NCBI RefSeq assembly: GCF_009914755.1
Contig: NC_060926.1
DNA from: the human T2T-CHM13v2.0 reference genome, Homo sapiens
Reading direction: 5' to 3' (one strand)
DNA: 64,000 nucleotides
Both the position numbers and the translations under genes were made by a program. Position 1 is the stretch's first letter. Every line of letters begins with the position of its first letter. Positions 46,561 through 64,000 of this stretch are shown here, piece by piece. The notes beneath the pieces were generated by a model. That model was not told the DNA's origin, did no database searches, and worked only from the letters and a program-made list of their open reading frames with translations.

Positions 46561-49500
46561 CTGTCCTAGTGTCTCCCTAGCTGGGGAGGAGGATGAGCTG
46601 CTCCCCCTTGCTGCCCTCTCTGTGAGACCTTGGCTCGAAGGCCAGTGGTGGTGCCCCCGGGGCTCCATCCTAACAAGGTCTCTAAGTACACAAGATTCCT
46701 GTGTCCTGGCCATTAAGCATTTTTGCAGGGGTATGTAGAGAACAATTGTGTTCCTTGTTCTTGGAAAATTTAGTGTCCAGGCATTATCCTGTTTCAGTCT
46801 TCATTAACCCAGACATTTGTATTTATTTTGCTTCAGATAATTATCAGCATTAGTGAGTAGCTATCAGCTGAGACTCATTTTAAGGAAGAAAGCCTTTCAA
46901 AATGACCCAACAGTTAACAATTGTATATCTCCATTAAAACTGACTTCATTTTGCTTTTTAAAAAATAAAGCAAAGATCTCAGCTTCTTAAAGTGGAGAAT
47001 TTTAATGCAAATGGCTATTTGACTGATAATCTCTTACTTTATTTTACACCGTGCCTTGAAGTTGACTGAAGTTACAGTAGCCTTATTTTGTTCCCTGAAC
47101 TCCTGGACACAGCTGTCCTGCTCTGCCAGTGCCTGCCTGCATTGGGACGTATGGAAAAGAACAAGTACTTGTGAACATGTGGTCAGCCCATGCTGAGAAA
47201 TCAATGCAGGAGGAAGCTTTTCAGTCTACCTGTGTTGAGAGAACCACAGCCCAGCTGTGGGTTGCAGATCAAAAAAGGACCCTATTCAGTGTGGTGAAAA
47301 TAATACTTAGCAAAATGTTGAATCAGGTTCTATTTCCTGCCATGAGCTCAAATAATGGAATCATGTGAGCATGCAGGTGATGAAGGACCCACAGGGAAGT
47401 GAGGCAGGCTGTGTAACCCACGCACAGCAGGGAGGAAGGCCACTCCACCTCCCAGGGAACGTAGTGAATTGCCTGTAAAATTAGCAGTATTGAAAAACCA
47501 AAAACTCGTTCACTAAGAGAGAAAATAAATACTGATTGTAACCATGTCCAAGAAATCTGGACACCTCCCCCATATTTGATCATATTTACACCCATAGCTG
47601 CTACTCTCACCCACATGTTGCCTTCACGTCCTATTTGAGTCATGACTGTCAACTCTGAGATGCATCGTTTCTGTTGGCACCTTAGTGCACCTGAGGCTTT
47701 CTCCATGCCTCTAGGGCTGTTTTCATTTTGGTGTCCCCCTGATTTGCTAGGTGAAGCCCAGATTCACCAGCACAAGCACAAATCCTGTTTTGCACCCTTG
47801 CTGGGAAGTGGACACAGGAGCAGTTGCATCAGCCAGCAGCCTTCGTCTGCCCTACTGAAAGGAGCCATTCGTTTCCTCCCTGAGTGAGGGAGAGCTGCTC
47901 AGGAGCCCAGCTGCAATAAGGAGGCCAAGGAGGGCCTGCTGATGACATGTGATTGAGATTCTGACTGTATCTGCTCAAGTCTAAAATGACCACTAGGGTT
48001 GGGTTTTAGTTTCAGTTCAGTCAATCAAACCGTTGAATCATAGAGGAAGAAGAGCATTCAAGCCTGTTGATTGATGAGTCATTCAAGTAGTTCTGAGTAG
48101 ACATTGCCAATGGCATCTTGCTTTATTCTCAGGAGATGTGGCTTGGAGGAAGAATGCGCAGAAGTGTGGTAGACACCAGGCCCCCAAGCCAGGATGCTGC
48201 TTGGCTCCTTTGAACGTAGAAGATGGATTACACTCGTTTACTATTTTAATCTAAGCATAAAGTATAAATGCAGTCACTGCTTAGTGTCACAAAGGCTTGT
48301 GATTAAAGAACACACAAAAAAAAATTAGGAGAGAGTTCTAAGCTGGAAAGATGGTGCTGGGATATAGCCCTTCTCAAATCTGAACTTCAAGAAAAACAGA
48401 TAGCCCACACCCATACCCGCCGGGCTTAGAAACAGTACATGTGCCCTGAACTTCCTACAAATGCGGTGTTGGTTGTTTTCCATGCCACATTGAATGTTTC
48501 TTTTTAATGAACACTCAGATTTCCCATCCTTCTATTTCTCATTCCCCAGACCACCTGGATCAAGAGACACATTCAGACGCTAGAATTGAATGTAACATGA
48601 ACTAAGGTTTAGGCACAGCATATTGAAAGCATTCATTGGAGTGGGGAAGAGAGATGGGGTTTCTCGGTCACTCACCTCCTACCCATAGACTTCTGTTTTT
48701 CTCTGTAATGAATTTGAGGGAAAAAAAAAAAAAACTGTTTCCCTCACCTCCACTCCATTCACCCCACCCACCCCATCCAGTAAGGCCCATCTGATTTGGC
48801 TTCAAGGCAGTGAGAACCCCTGGCTGTGTCATCCTGACTGAAGCTGGCATGAGGTGTAAGCACAGGGACCTACTCTGCCAGGGTGGGAAGGGACAGCCCC
48901 TGGCTGTGGTCAGTGAGTTGAGGATGTTATTGAAATGACATTGAAATGGAGTGATCATACCGGAAATGCAACTGGGAGTCACATTTTTAAATCCTCTTTG
49001 ATTTGAAAGCATCCCCAGAACTGGTTTTAACCTAGCTTCACATCTGTAGGACTCCTGGTTCACCACCTCTTGGAGACAGCAGGGACCAACTAGAATGTGG
49101 GTGTCTCCTGTTCCACCTTCTCCTCCCAGTGCAAAAGACTCTAAAACAGGGAAATAGGGAAAATATGAGTACAAACAGTGTCCTGCTAAGAGACGAGAAA
49201 ATCTCTCTTTTCCCTTCCCCCTTCCATCTGCTCCTGACCTTGCATGCTCCTCAGTGGTATAAAATACATTGCTGAACCTATAAATGCAGACCATTCAAGT
49301 CAGGTTAAGAAAATCTAAATGGGATTTGGTTTCTTCAGTTTGGCCAGTAAAAGGGACCCTGAGGTCACCCTGCTGCAATCCCTGTTTCCTCATGGCAGCC
49401 ACCTGGTCCACTCTCATGCTATGCCTCACAGTACAGCTTTGTGTATCTGGAGACTGAGCTGGGATCATTCTATTTTCTTCATTCAAGGGTAACTAATAAG

Positions 49501-50072
49501 CACAAGAGAGGGCAAATTGTTTTGCTGAGCTCCAGCCTCTGAGTTTCTCTGGCAGCTGCATTGTCCTGGTCTCCTTGGGGAGATGCTTAAAGTGCTGGGA
49601 AATTGGGTGCCCTTCTCCGTGAGTGTCTTTGGGTTCATACCCTCGGTCCAGGATGCACAGTGAGAATTTCTGACTGGTGAAACTTGTACCTAAGAATAGC
49701 CATGTTGCACAAAAAAAAAAGACCTCTCAGGAGATGAGACTCATCTGAGTCCAATCAGACTCCAGTAATGCAGTTAAGGATAGTGGATTTTATTATGATT
49801 CCAGGGAATTTAAATAAATTACTGAACTTGAAACAGAAATGACCCCAGTATATCCATTTTTGTATAAATTGATATTCTAGCTAGAAATCAATAATTTTTA
49901 TAGTGTAAAATGTGTTTGTAGTTGCTTTTCTTTTTTCTGATGGTAAGTTACCTTTTCCCTTTGATTTTACAGACGAGACATTGCTGTGGCCTGTTCCATT
50001 TCACTTCTCTTCCCTTCTCTGGGGGACTCAAAGTGTTTGGTACTTAGTAACCATTAAAAGATAGCACATAGG

Positions 50073-50399
<327 letters not shown>

Positions 50400-50828
50400 A
50401 GCATGTAGGGGTGACCGCATTTTAAGACACAGAGAAGGGACAGGACTTAACTTGTGAGAGCCGATACATCTGTGGAAGGAAATTAAGGACTCTTTGCATC
50501 TTCCTTTCCTGGACAGCTAGTCATTCACATCACAGATTGTGGCCTTGAACCGCTAGGCATTGATTCCATTAACCTAATTGGCTATTGCTGAGACAACATA
50601 AGTAAAAATGTCCAGTTCAGGTGTATGACTTTTTCGGGACTTTGGGGATGCAGGTGTCCTATTAATCTGCATAACGGTTCCATGAGTGAGTTCCTTTTGT
50701 GATAATTTAGCAAGCTGCTATATACCTATTATGCTTCACCTAAAAAGCATAAAAGGAAACAAAAAATAATCTCCTGGTGCTTATATAAAACATTTTTGTT
50801 AAAATCTAACTTGAAAGTTATTCTGTGA

Positions 50829-54851
<4,023 letters not shown>

Positions 54852-55290
54852 TTTGACTACAGTTTTTGAGAAGAGAAAATGGTATCTGAAAGGACTGGAG
54901 AGCTTTCTGAGTTCGTTTGGGCCCAGATCAGTGTTCTCCATGGAACTTCAATTTTTTGAGCCCCATTTGATTAGAACCACCCCAATCCCTCTGTCCTCAT
55001 AAGAAGTCTGCCTTTAACTGTTTCTTCCAGCAGCAGTACTTACTTGACTTTATGTAGACAATCCTTTCTAATCTTTGCTGGCTTGAGAACCATTCAATCT
55101 TGATTCCTATGAGTCTAAGCCAGTAATTTTCCTAGGGAAAGAGTTGACCTTTCTATGGCAAAATTAGGGAAATAAAATGTATCGGGTTTTTCATAATGCA
55201 AGATAAGTTTTCTTTAAGAGATTATATTATTATATTCTCCCTATATTTTAGGTGCTGAAAGTTACCCTTTAAATAAAATAATAATCATAG

Positions 55291-55755
<465 letters not shown>

Positions 55756-56569
55756 TAATGGTGCAGTTCAGCGAGTTTTGACAAATAGCAGACTGTATAA
55801 TGCAGATCTCAGTCATGTTAAAGAAAGTGTCCATCACCCAATAAATTTCTCTCAGACACTTTTCCATCAATTCCTCACCCTGACCCCTGAGTTTCTAACT
55901 TTATTATAAGAGCTCAGTTTGCCTGCTCCAGAGCTTCGTAGGAATGGAAGCAGATAGATGTAGGTTTCTTTTGCTCAGTATAATGTTTCTGAGATATTTG
56001 ATGATTCATTCCTTTTTTAAATTAATTTGTTTATTTTTGCTGAGTAGTATTTCATTGTATCGGCTCAGCCCATCTGTCCTCCCAAATGCTCATCTCTCTA
56101 GAACTCACCTAATCAGAGTCTCCAGGAACTGGCCTTGTTACCTCCAGCTGACCTCAGCTGCATCATTCCATAGGTATTAAGGTGCAGTGTTACTTATACT
56201 CATCTGTGGGAAGAAAAAATAACTGAAGACTTAAGACTCACTTCTTTTTTCTTTCATTAACACAGTTTGTATTGAAAAAAATGTTTATTCTCCTATTAAT
56301 GGACATTTAAGGTGTTTATGGACTGATGTTATGAATAAGATTGTCAGGAATATTTTTGTGGAAGATGTTTTATTATATCAAATTTAGAAACATTTCAACC
56401 ATTACATCTTCAAGTATTTTATGTCTCATTCTTTCTGACTTCTGAGATTCCAATGGCATGTATGTTGGATTGCCAATATATTCCCACATGGTACTGATGG
56501 CCTGTTCATTTTTTTTTCTCTTTGCCCCATTTGGAATAATTTCTATGAATCTGTTTTCAAGATTATTGA

Positions 56570-57186
<617 letters not shown>

Positions 57187-58148
57187 TAATAACTTATTAT
57201 TGTACTTCAAACATTGTCTATAACAGATTTTACTTTCTTTTGTTTATTTTCCTTTCTTTTGTCTGGTGGTTAGGGTCAGGGTCTAGTCATTAAGATTCCT
57301 CCTAGAGTCAGGTTGAGCAGGAGCTGCTTTACTTAGACTGAGTTCACTGTGCTTAGTCCACCCACCCCATCACACTACCGTCTTTATTCTTTCAGAGTTT
57401 GAGCTGTGAAAATGGTGAACTACAGTTTCAGATATCTTTGATTCACCTTTGGGTTGAACTCCAGCGCAGCTCCAAAGTCTATGCACCACAAGGATACATG
57501 GGACCATGCAAATTTCCTCTGCTTTTCAGTTTCCATGAACTGCTGCTTTCATAGCAAAATTCTGGGTTGAGGGTAAGAATCGCTAGGCCAAGTGTTTGTT
57601 TCTGTGCTAGGAGTTCTTCCCAATTCCAGTCCATCTGGCCATTTTTCTCATCCCTTCAAAGTCTCTCCATCTCTGTTAGGCCCAGTCTTCTGTCCACCTG
57701 TCCCCAAAACAGGCACCTACCCCATGTGTGGAAGCTTCTGTGGATGTTGGCTTACCAAGAAAGAGCTCATCTCTCTGAAATCACTTCATTAACGTTACTT
57801 TCTTATGTATAGTGCTTTTCAGTAGCCCCATAAAACATCTGATTTTTACTTTGTTCAGATTCTTCAGTTTGTAACCATGGAGCAAAATTCTCTTGAATCT
57901 ATCTACATTTTAACTAGGAGCCCTCCCAGTTGATTTTCAGATCATTTGGGACAATGAAGTTGAATATTCCAGGACCCACTTACACAGAATTTCTCCATAA
58001 TAACTTTGGACTCTTATTGTATTTTTAGTTTTGGCAGTTTGTGGGGATTTTGCCTCTTGAAAATTTTTGACTGAAGATTATTCCTTCTTGAGTATGTTTG
58101 CATTTCTTTGGGTTTGTACTTACAAAACTAAACTATCAGTTGATTAAG

Positions 58149-58461
<313 letters not shown>

Positions 58462-60267
58462 ATATTTTTTATATGAGAAGTGTGCAGCTAATACTCCAGC
58501 TTTATTACAACTACCTAATTGAATATTCTTTCTTGTTTCATGTAAATGCCTTTGTCTGTAGAAAATGCTACTATGAGCAGCATTGTGGTTACTTTAATCC
58601 CATTGCCAAAACATTTATATGGTTTCCTGTATTCTAAAGGGAAAGGTATATGCACTTGTCTTCTTTTTAAACTTTTCCTCTTATGAATCAGTAGCAGTAT
58701 GAATAAATGTCAGAAGTTCTTATTAAGTGGTTAATGTTGATGCCTCTGTCTCAGCATTCTTGTTTTAGGTAATGATGATTAAGCAAACTTTGTCATGGAA
58801 ATACCAGAGTTAGAAAGAAATTGTATTTATTACTAACTAGAGAACCCATGATAATAACAATAATATTTATAAATAATCAACCTGCGCCAAGTTTACTAAA
58901 TCCTTCCATCTTAGAGATAAGGAAGGTAGTATGGCTTGGAAGTGGCAATGTCAGAGTTCAAAGCCCTTTTTCTCTACCAAAGTGGACATTGTCAAAATAC
59001 TTAGTAAACAGCCAAATTGTGTACTCTTTAGTTGAAGAAAATTGCAGTAGAAAGGACATTTTAAAGGTAAATTTTCTTCAAGTTTAATTATTTAGTGAGG
59101 GTAAACAAAAGTGATTTTGTTGTTGTTTGGTAAGGAAGGCAATTTCTCTATTCTAACATTTCAGATTATGCTAAATATTGTTTATCAACTGAAGGAACAA
59201 ATCAACATAAAATATAATTTAAATTGATTCAGAGAAAATATTAGCTGGAGTCCTGATTATTTAATAGACCTGTGGAATGTCATTTTATGCTAATGAAACT
59301 TGGTTGCAGAGAAAACCAATGAGAATGTATGTGTTCCTGGGACCAGGAGACGCACCAAGCTAAGGTCTGACCCTCCCTGGAGGAGCCAGCCAGTGGGCAA
59401 TGAAAACAGGAATGGAGCTCCCCTTTCTAGTAGTTGTTGGGTAAATTGAGAGAAGTAGAATCACAGCACACGCTATGAGATTATGCCTCGTGTGAGTGTT
59501 TCAGGTTTATTTTTCTTTCATTGACTGCTTAGTCAGGCATAAGGACTAAGATGGGAAATTAGCTGCCACAGACCTACCATCTGATCCTTTACAGAATGTT
59601 TGTCTAAAGGGAAAGCAATTCTTCAGGATAAGTGAGCGAGGAGGAGATAAGCCAGGCCAAGGCCTCTGTGCATTCAGCGAGTTTGGAAGTCTGCAAAAAG
59701 TGAGAATAGGTGCAGGTTAACTACTTGATTGTGCCCATTTTCACCAGTCACGATTTGCCAGTCCATGTGCTGCTCTTTTGAAGGCACTTGAATTGTGTTT
59801 GACTTAAGGTGGTGATCCAAAGCAGCAGGGAGGGGCCTGTTGACCAGTGTGGAAGGGCACTCCCAATTTACTGAAGGAGAATCTGCAGAACAGAGTTGAA
59901 GCCTTGTCCTTCTGCAGGTAAAGGTCCTTCTAGGTCATCAAGCTGGACTTTTCACATGGTAGCTGGCTCTGAAGCCGATATCCTTGGCACCTTCCTCCGG
60001 TGGCAACATCATAGAGTACTCCTGGGCACCATTACTGCCCTGGTCCTCTCAGAGAATCTGAGCCAGTGTGGCTGGGCAGATCCATGTTCTCCACACTAGG
60101 CACACACAGAATACAGATTCTGACTTAGGAAGAACGTCAAGGGTCACACGTCTGCCACAGTGGTGGAGGCATTTGTCAGTGCAGCACCACATATCCTCCA
60201 GCAACTGGAAGCAGTGAGGCACTGGGGGAAAAGATGAAGGCAAAAGGGTAGACAAGGCTTTAGAAAA

Positions 60268-60450
60268 AAAAAGCCCTGGATTAAAACTCTAGTTGCATCA
60301 GTTACAAGTTATGTGACTTAAATTCTTTAAGCCTTGGTTTTCTCATCTGTAAAATGGGTTGATACCTGATAGAGTTGTTATGAGTACTGAATAAGACAGT
60401 GAACCTAAAGCCCTCCTCTGTAATCTGGCACACAGTAGTTGTCCAGGAAA
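60268..60450 (+). mobile_element. MIR
   Basis: 'ttatgtgactta...aagccttggttttctcatctgtaaaatggg...agagttgttatgag...tggcacacagtag'. Confidence 0.85.
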
Positions 60451-61157
60451 TGTCAGCATGGGGCAGAACACCGAAGACCTTGGTTACATATGTAAAGTGC
60501 CATATGTTGCCACATAGCATTGTTATAAAGATGCTGGAGATAGAGCAGACTAAGTCAAAGACAGCTAAGTAGCTCCCTTCTGTACTTCATGCCTTTACCT
60601 GCCTGGCCCTCCGGGATGGAATGTGGAAAGCATAGATACTGCACAGCAGAGATGGATCCTTGGCAAAGGCTGGAGTAACAAGCTATGAATTGTTGATTGG
60701 GGACTAGGGTTGCACGAGACAAGCATGGAATAAAGGTGGCCAGAGGCACCTGCCAGAATGCCAGTTATGTGTCACAGCAGAAGCAAAGGTGATAAATGAC
60801 AGCCACAAGTAGCACAGAACCTCATTTTACCAACCACTTTAATCTTATTCCCTCATCACATCTTTTAGATTAAAAGATGTTTGTTCATTAATTAAGGTTC
60901 CCCTTCCTGTAAAGTTTCTAGCTCAAAATCTAGTTAACCTAAAATGAAGTCAACTGAAAAATAATGGACAGGAAATTACATTAATGGCTCACCAATATCT
61001 AACAATCCCTTAGAAAGTAAGAGTTGGCTGCATAGAGATTCTTTTTGGAAAGGAGGTGGAATTGATTCCTTATAGCAAGTAAGTTTATTTGTTGTTTTGC
61101 TTAGTCAGGTTAAAAATTTCTATTTCTGTGCATTAACCGGTGATAATGACTGATACT

Positions 61158-61530
61158 TATTCTGTGGGCAGGCAGCCTGGACAGTTCTTTGGCTAGTCTT
61201 ACCTGGGATCACTCCTGTGGCTGCAGTCATCTGAGTTCAACAGGACTAGGATGTCCAAGATGGCCTCTCTCTCATATCTGGCAGTGGGTGCTGGCTGTTG
61301 GCCAAGGCACCTTGGTCCATCTCTACGTGGCCTTTTGTCCTCCAGCAGGCTAGACTGGGCTTCTGCACAGCAGGTATTCTCACGGTTATAGGAGAGTGAT
61401 AATGGGGGATTCAAAGCTTCTTAAGGCCTAAACTCTGGAAATCACACAGTGACATGTTCCCCATATTCTACTGGCAAAGCAAGTCATAACTCAGCCCAGA
61501 TTAAAGGGATGGAGAAAAAGACTCTACCAA
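61158..61530 (-). mobile_element. MaLR LTR (MLT1G/H-like)
   Basis: 'ggatgtccaagatggcctctctctcatatctggcagt..gtgctggctgttggc' and 'catattctactggcaaagcaagtcataactcagcccagattaaaggga'. Confidence 0.8.
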
Positions 61531-62794
61531 GGTAGCCAGACGAAAGGGGCTAATGAAGGGACATTTCAAGTTTGGGTAAGGGATTTTTCACAAAAAACAG
61601 CATGTGGTCATCTTATGCTGAGAACAGGGGTGAGACATATGGGAAGAGGCAGGAAAACCTTCTGCATGGAGTCCTAGGAATAGCTGGGGTGTCCCTCCAA
61701 GTGTACTGGGCACTTCCCACCCTGAACATCTATTATAGGACTAACACCATGCCATGCTGGGAAAATATGGTTTGTTCAGAGGACTGCAAAGCTTAGTCAC
61801 TGCCCATCCTTGGCCATCCTACTCTCCCAACTGAAATAAGGAAACTGTAGGGAGAGTCAAAAAGAGCAGAAAAATAAATTGAGTACTGCAACTAGATGGA
61901 GGTGGGAAGCCAAACTGATGTTACAATTTTTCCCTCACTCCCAAATATACATATTAATATAGTCAAACACAGTGTCATCCCTTGAGGGCTGAGTGCTTCT
62001 GCTTTCTTTAAAGCAGATATTCTCAAATTCCACTCACTGGCTATTTCCAGTGGACTGTACATTCTTATTGCTTGTAGAGCAATAGTGCCCATGTTTAGGT
62101 TTGACCTTAAAAAATGTTTTTGCAAGAACCTATAACTTGTTCATACTTTTTTATTTTTAAAGTATACCTATTCATTTGTCTTTTTCAAAAGCTGGTGAAT
62201 TTTCTTTGTAAAGATATGGGTAAGCTTGAAGTACTTTGTCCAGCATAAATGGGTCATAAACTGGCAGGGCAGAGGACCCCTACACTATGTGCAATTTTTA
62301 TGCTTATAGTATGGAAGCATGTTTGGTAACAAAACTAAACTTTAATAATACACTGCTTAGCCCCATATAAAAATACCCCCTGGTAATAAAAATACTGTAA
62401 CTGTGTAATAATCAATGCTATATTATCTTCTCAAGTTTATTTTGTATTAAAGAGATCATATATTTTTAAAAATTTTTAAAACGCCTCAACAGCTTCACGA
62501 TGTGAGACCTGTTCCTGTAGTGTGTACCATTAAACCTCTAAAGTCCAGAATTGTACCTAACACTGGGTAGGAATCCAGCATACCATTTGTGAGTGAAAGG
62601 ATGGTAATTATTATTATCATCTTGACAGCCAGGAACAGAGGTGGGTGGGTACCTGGAATCAGAGTCAAACAATAACTAAGAGTCAAACAATAACTAACAG
62701 GAATGATGCCGGATCCGTCCATTGAGACAATAATCATTCTGAGGTTTCTGTTGCAGTCTAGGAAAAATGGAGAAGGCTAGAAGGAGTATTTTAA

Positions 62795-63090
62795 ACTGCT
62801 CCAGAACTTTAGATTTAGAAAGAATCTTGGCAGTCAACTCCTCTTCACAGCCAGTTCATTTTTCTTCTCTAGGGTGCCATTGGAGGGCACACTCCCTGAA
62901 CACTTATGAGTGAAGAAACCCTCCTTTTCACCAGCCATTGGGTTCCTTTTCAAGTTTATTTTTTTAAAATTTTCTTTATATTGAAATCTGCCTCATTTAA
63001 TTCCTACCTCTGGCCCTACGTTCTGTTTTTGGCACCAGATAGATAAAACCCATACTCTATTTTACACTCATTCAAATCATTGTATTTCCC
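62795..63090 (-). mobile_element. Probable L3/CR1 3' fragment
   Basis: 'cagaactttagatttagaaagaatcttgg' and 'ttttctttatattgaaatctgcctc...ttcctacctctggccctacgttctg'. Confidence 0.45.
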
Positions 63091-64000
63091 CCACCGGTGA
63101 ATATATTACCAAAGTTGGTTGAGTTTCATAATGCAAACCCAAAGGGAAAATTATCTTGAATAATCATATGACAATATGTGGAAAGTTTAGGGGCTGTGTA
63201 CGCCACCTCATGGTTTTGAACTGTGTGGTTAAAGACGTTGAGAGTTGACAGATTAGTCAGGGATTTTTCAAGAGTATTAATTACAAACTTTGAAATCTTG
63301 GTCAGTGAAAGTTCATTTTAGTGCATCTTGCAAATACGATCAAAGGTCTTTTCAGTACTGATTTGATGATGCTTAACCACAGTGTGTGAAGAATGAAGTT
63401 TTTCATTAGAAATTACTGGTGTAATAGAGCACATTTTCAGGGAAGATGTATTGTTGGACTATTACAATTCATGCTCTTCCCCCACCATATCCCTACCCTC
63501 TATATTCCCCATCCCCTATTTCCTCCACCTTCCTCCTTGGGACCTCACTGAAAACCTGAAATGCTCTGAAAACCTGAAATGGCGTTTTGGACTGCTGCAA
63601 GGGAAACTGTGATCTTAACAACATCAGTGCGGCTCAGACATGACCACCATGTGAGGGCAAAGGTGGGGCTGGTGTAAGTGATGTTGTTAAACCTGTAAAA
63701 ATAAACCATGAAAACCTGGGGATTTACTGTGATTTGGGGAGTGAAACAAATTTACCACTGGCCGAAAACTTGAAAAATGGAGTACAATGTGTAGATCAGA
63801 AGAAAAGAAAGCCGTCCCTCTGCCCTTGTGTAGTTTTAGAAAAACAATCTTATTAGTTTGGTAGCTTTTTTTCCTGAAAATAAAAAAAAAAATACATTGG
63901 CACCTAAGCCATGGAAAATGAAATAAAAATACACCAGTGCAGCTTCCAAAACACTGACTTGCATCTCCCTCTCCTATCCGCCGGGAATGTCTTATCCCTG

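Noticed and set aside
48668-49294. 208-aa minus-strand ORF
   Set aside because: No recognisable domain, runs through a poly(T) tract giving FFFF, and has no supporting gene structure. Likely chance.
63540-64000. Possible promoter at the window end
   Set aside because: Only a few CpGs, with no CpG island or clear core promoter arrangement visible.

Overview
This is primate, most likely human, nuclear DNA (AluJ/S/Y, L1PA-L1ME, MIR, L2, L3/CR1, MaLR/ERVL LTRs, MER DNA transposons). Well over half of the window is decayed interspersed repeat. I can support no host protein-coding exon, RNA gene, CRISPR array or CpG island. The listed ORFs are L1 ORF1/ORF2 remnants, Alu-derived frames, low-complexity frames or chance ORFs. 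Large L1s lie on both strands: L1MC-type + 6570-13701, L1M-type - ~19240-26860, 5'-inverted L1PA 26980-30255, L1PA13-16 + 31735-35858, L1MC-type - 50829-54500. This suggests intergenic or weakly constrained DNA. I found no new biological system. The notable signals are fossil mutational events: a full-length ancient L1 that still has its TSD inside an older L1, a twin-priming inversion, a multi-template micro-rearrangement, a template-switch palindrome, a tail-less 50-bp L1 fragment with a TSD, and a ~200-bp foreign insert with exon-like splice signals. Subfamily names come from recalled consensus sequences, not from a RepeatMasker run. Boundaries of old repeats are approximate.
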